From Cetorhinus maximus (Eukaryota), in NCBI RefSeq assembly GCF_964194155.1, contig NW_027597739.1, positions 1 through 64,000 of the forward strand: a DNA stretch of 64,000 bases. The letters are read 5' to 3'. Each line of letters starts with the position of its first letter. Within the stretch, counting starts at the first letter, position 1. The notes beneath the pieces are model-generated. The model searched no databases. It was not told where the DNA came from and saw only the letters and a program-made list of their open reading frames with translations. The translations under genes were made by a program, and so were the position numbers. Positions 61,715 to 64,000 of this stretch are shown here, piece by piece.

Positions 61715-64000
61715 ACTTTGAGGGGAACTCAGAGGTGAGTACACAGCAACGTTGTGGAGCACTCGCGAGGGACGCCTATCAGACTTTAAGGTTGAGGTGT
61801 GTTGGTTGGGGGGCAAAGGCCACCCTACAGTTGATGGTAGTGCACAAGCACGTGCGGGGTGGGTTGGGGGTGTGGACATGGGAAGTCGCCACACATTAGG
61901 GACACTTTATATAAAGTGACCATTCCTCTGCAACTGAGACAGTTTAGGCACAGCCACATTGCTACGATTGGAGTCGGGCCTCTGGCTTATCTGCCCACTC
62001 AAGCAACGCAGAGGCATCAAAGCACCATCAGGTGCTCCAGAGCTTTTCACCCCTCGGGTACAGACTGTAAACTAATAAGCATCTTAGTGGACTGCAGAAC
62101 AGTTGGATGACTGGACATGTTGCACAATCTCCTTGCTAAAGCTGGCCATGGAGCAGTCACTGGTGGAGGCGCTCACAGCCCCTTGCAATCCCGGTTTGGA
62201 CCAGTCTCCCCGATGGTTCAAGCTAAGAGTGCAGCCTTGCAGTACGGGCTAGGAGAATGCCTACGCCTGAGCTGGGTGTGCAGCATACAGACCAATGGGT
62301 AAAGCTGCCGCCAATCAGTCGGGTGGAGTGGGGCAAAGGAAGGTGGAGTTTCGGGCAGCCATGCAGCGCACTAATCTCTGGCTATCCAAATGGTGGCCAG
62401 CACTTCCAGGATGCGTTAAGAGGCCTTCAGAATTAACTAAGAGATGTTCTTCGTACATCCATGATAACCCAGGTGTCTCTCCCTTTCATCCTGCAGGAGG
62501 AGTACATCAGGATCATAGAGCCTAGTGATCTAGCTGTATGACTCGTGATTTACAGAGAGCAAAGACAATGGAGAAGAGAGCCACTGAGGCACCTGGCTGC
62601 GCAGAGGGAGGAGCAGCACCCTCTGGAAGAAGGGGCGGCTGGGGCTCCAGCACATGTCGCTGAAGAGCCACAGCGAGCTGTCGCTGGTCGGTGCCTAGCT
62701 AGACCCAGGGTCTATAGACGCCGCCTTTCTTTCCTGCAGAAAACCGAGAACCAGTGTCGTTGAAGACTGCGCATGTTTAGGGAACTGGTCGGTCACATCT
62801 GCCAATGGCTGCAGGATTTGGCACCACGGGGACATGGAGGGCATCCACTGCCAGTGGCCATGAAAGTGACTGCAGCGTTCAATTTCTACATCAGTGGCTC
62901 CTTTCAGGGCTCCACACATCATGGATGCCACAACTTTGTGCATTTCGCCCGGGGCCAGGAGAGCCAGGCTGCAAGAGTGATTGGATTTGCCCAGATCTGA
63001 GGTTTCTCACAAGTGCAGGGTGCCATCGACTGCACTCACATGGCGCTCAGATCTCCATCACAACACGCGGGCAACTATGTTAACTGCAAAGGATTCCATT
63101 TGCTGAATGTGCAGCTGGTGTGCGACCACCACAAATGCATCCTGCAGGTCTGCGCATGGTTTCCAGGGAGTGTTCAGGACTCCTACATTCTCAGTTGGTC
63201 TCAGATCCCTGACGTCTTCCAGGGTCCACAGAAGCTGCAGGGTTGGCTTCTCGGGGACAAGGGCTACCCATAGAGGATGTGGCTGATGACACCCGTGCGG
63301 CGGCCTCAGACTGCAGCAGAGAGACGGTATAACGAGGTTCATAGTGCAACTTGCAGCTTGGTGGAGCAAACCGTCGGAATGCTGAAAATGAGGTTTCAGT
63401 GCCTGGACCGGTCTGGTGGAGCCTGCAATATAGTCCACAGAGGGTGTCACACGTCGTCGTCGCCTGCTGCGCCCTTTGCAGCACCAGGTTGTAATGGGGT
63501 GAGGAGCTGGCTGAGAAGGAGATGCAGGAGCTGGAATTCCCCTCCAATGAGGGGGACATTGACTGGGATGAGGGTGAGGAGGTCCTTGAAGATGGCGATG
63601 ATGAGGATGAGGCCCTTGCACTGGCCAGACAAGGCAGGCGTGCTCGGGAAGCCCTCATAGCTGCTAGATTTGTAGAGGATGATGACGATATACAGTGAGG
63701 AAACCCCATAAGATCCTCACGCTGCATCTCTGAACATTTGACTCCAGTCTGGCTTATGGCAGCGCACATACCCTCTGTGATAATGTTCCTATCATGGAGA
63801 CGTAGTGGAGGCCCTAATAGTCGCTCGATTGCAGAAGGATGGTGACAACATGCAGTGAGGATGCTCCATAAATCTTCACTTAGCCTCTGTGAATGCCTGA
63901 CTTCTGTCTGGCTGAGGGCAGCTCGCTTGCACTCTGTGATCAGGGTCATATCATGGAGACGCAGCTGTGAAACTTTAAATGTACCTGATCCTTTCTCCGC
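61715..64000 (+). mobile_element. Second copy of the two-gene Harbinger family, running off the window end
   Basis: Collinear with 33065-35520. Confidence 0.85.
62497..63698 (+). pseudogene. Harbinger/HARBI1-like transposase, disrupted
   Basis: Motifs QGAIDCTH, NCKGFHLLNVQLVCD, FPGSVQDSYIL, WLLGDKGYP and VEQTVGMLKMRFQCL, with in-frame stops. Confidence 0.9.

Noticed and set aside
63058-63949. Long minus-strand ORFs (187 and 252 aa)
   Set aside because: Antisense shadows of the GC-rich transposase and its acidic tail.

Overview
Vertebrate genomic DNA, probably from a cartilaginous fish (inferred only from the repeat repertoire). It is almost entirely intronic. The one confident host feature is an 86-bp coding exon of a BRSK/SAD-family Ser/Thr kinase (BRSK2 or BRSK1) at 9688-9773 (+). 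No neighbouring canonical BRSK exon was recognised in the window. A GC-rich island at about 16.6-17.3 kb looks like an internal promoter or alternative first exon, and one of its reading frames matches the splice phase of the next BRSK exon. The rest is a dense, often nested set of transposable elements: two-gene PIF/Harbinger elements (HARBI1-type transposase plus Myb/SANT protein) and their multi-hairpin MITEs, CR1/L2-group LINEs, a young Tx1/L1-like LINE inserted into a copy of itself, Penelope fragments with hammerhead-like cores, solo LTRs, tRNA-derived SINEs and a long inverted repeat beside the exon. No prokaryotic-type system, CRISPR array, rRNA or intact tRNA was found. Family names come from recognising motifs by eye, not from database searches.
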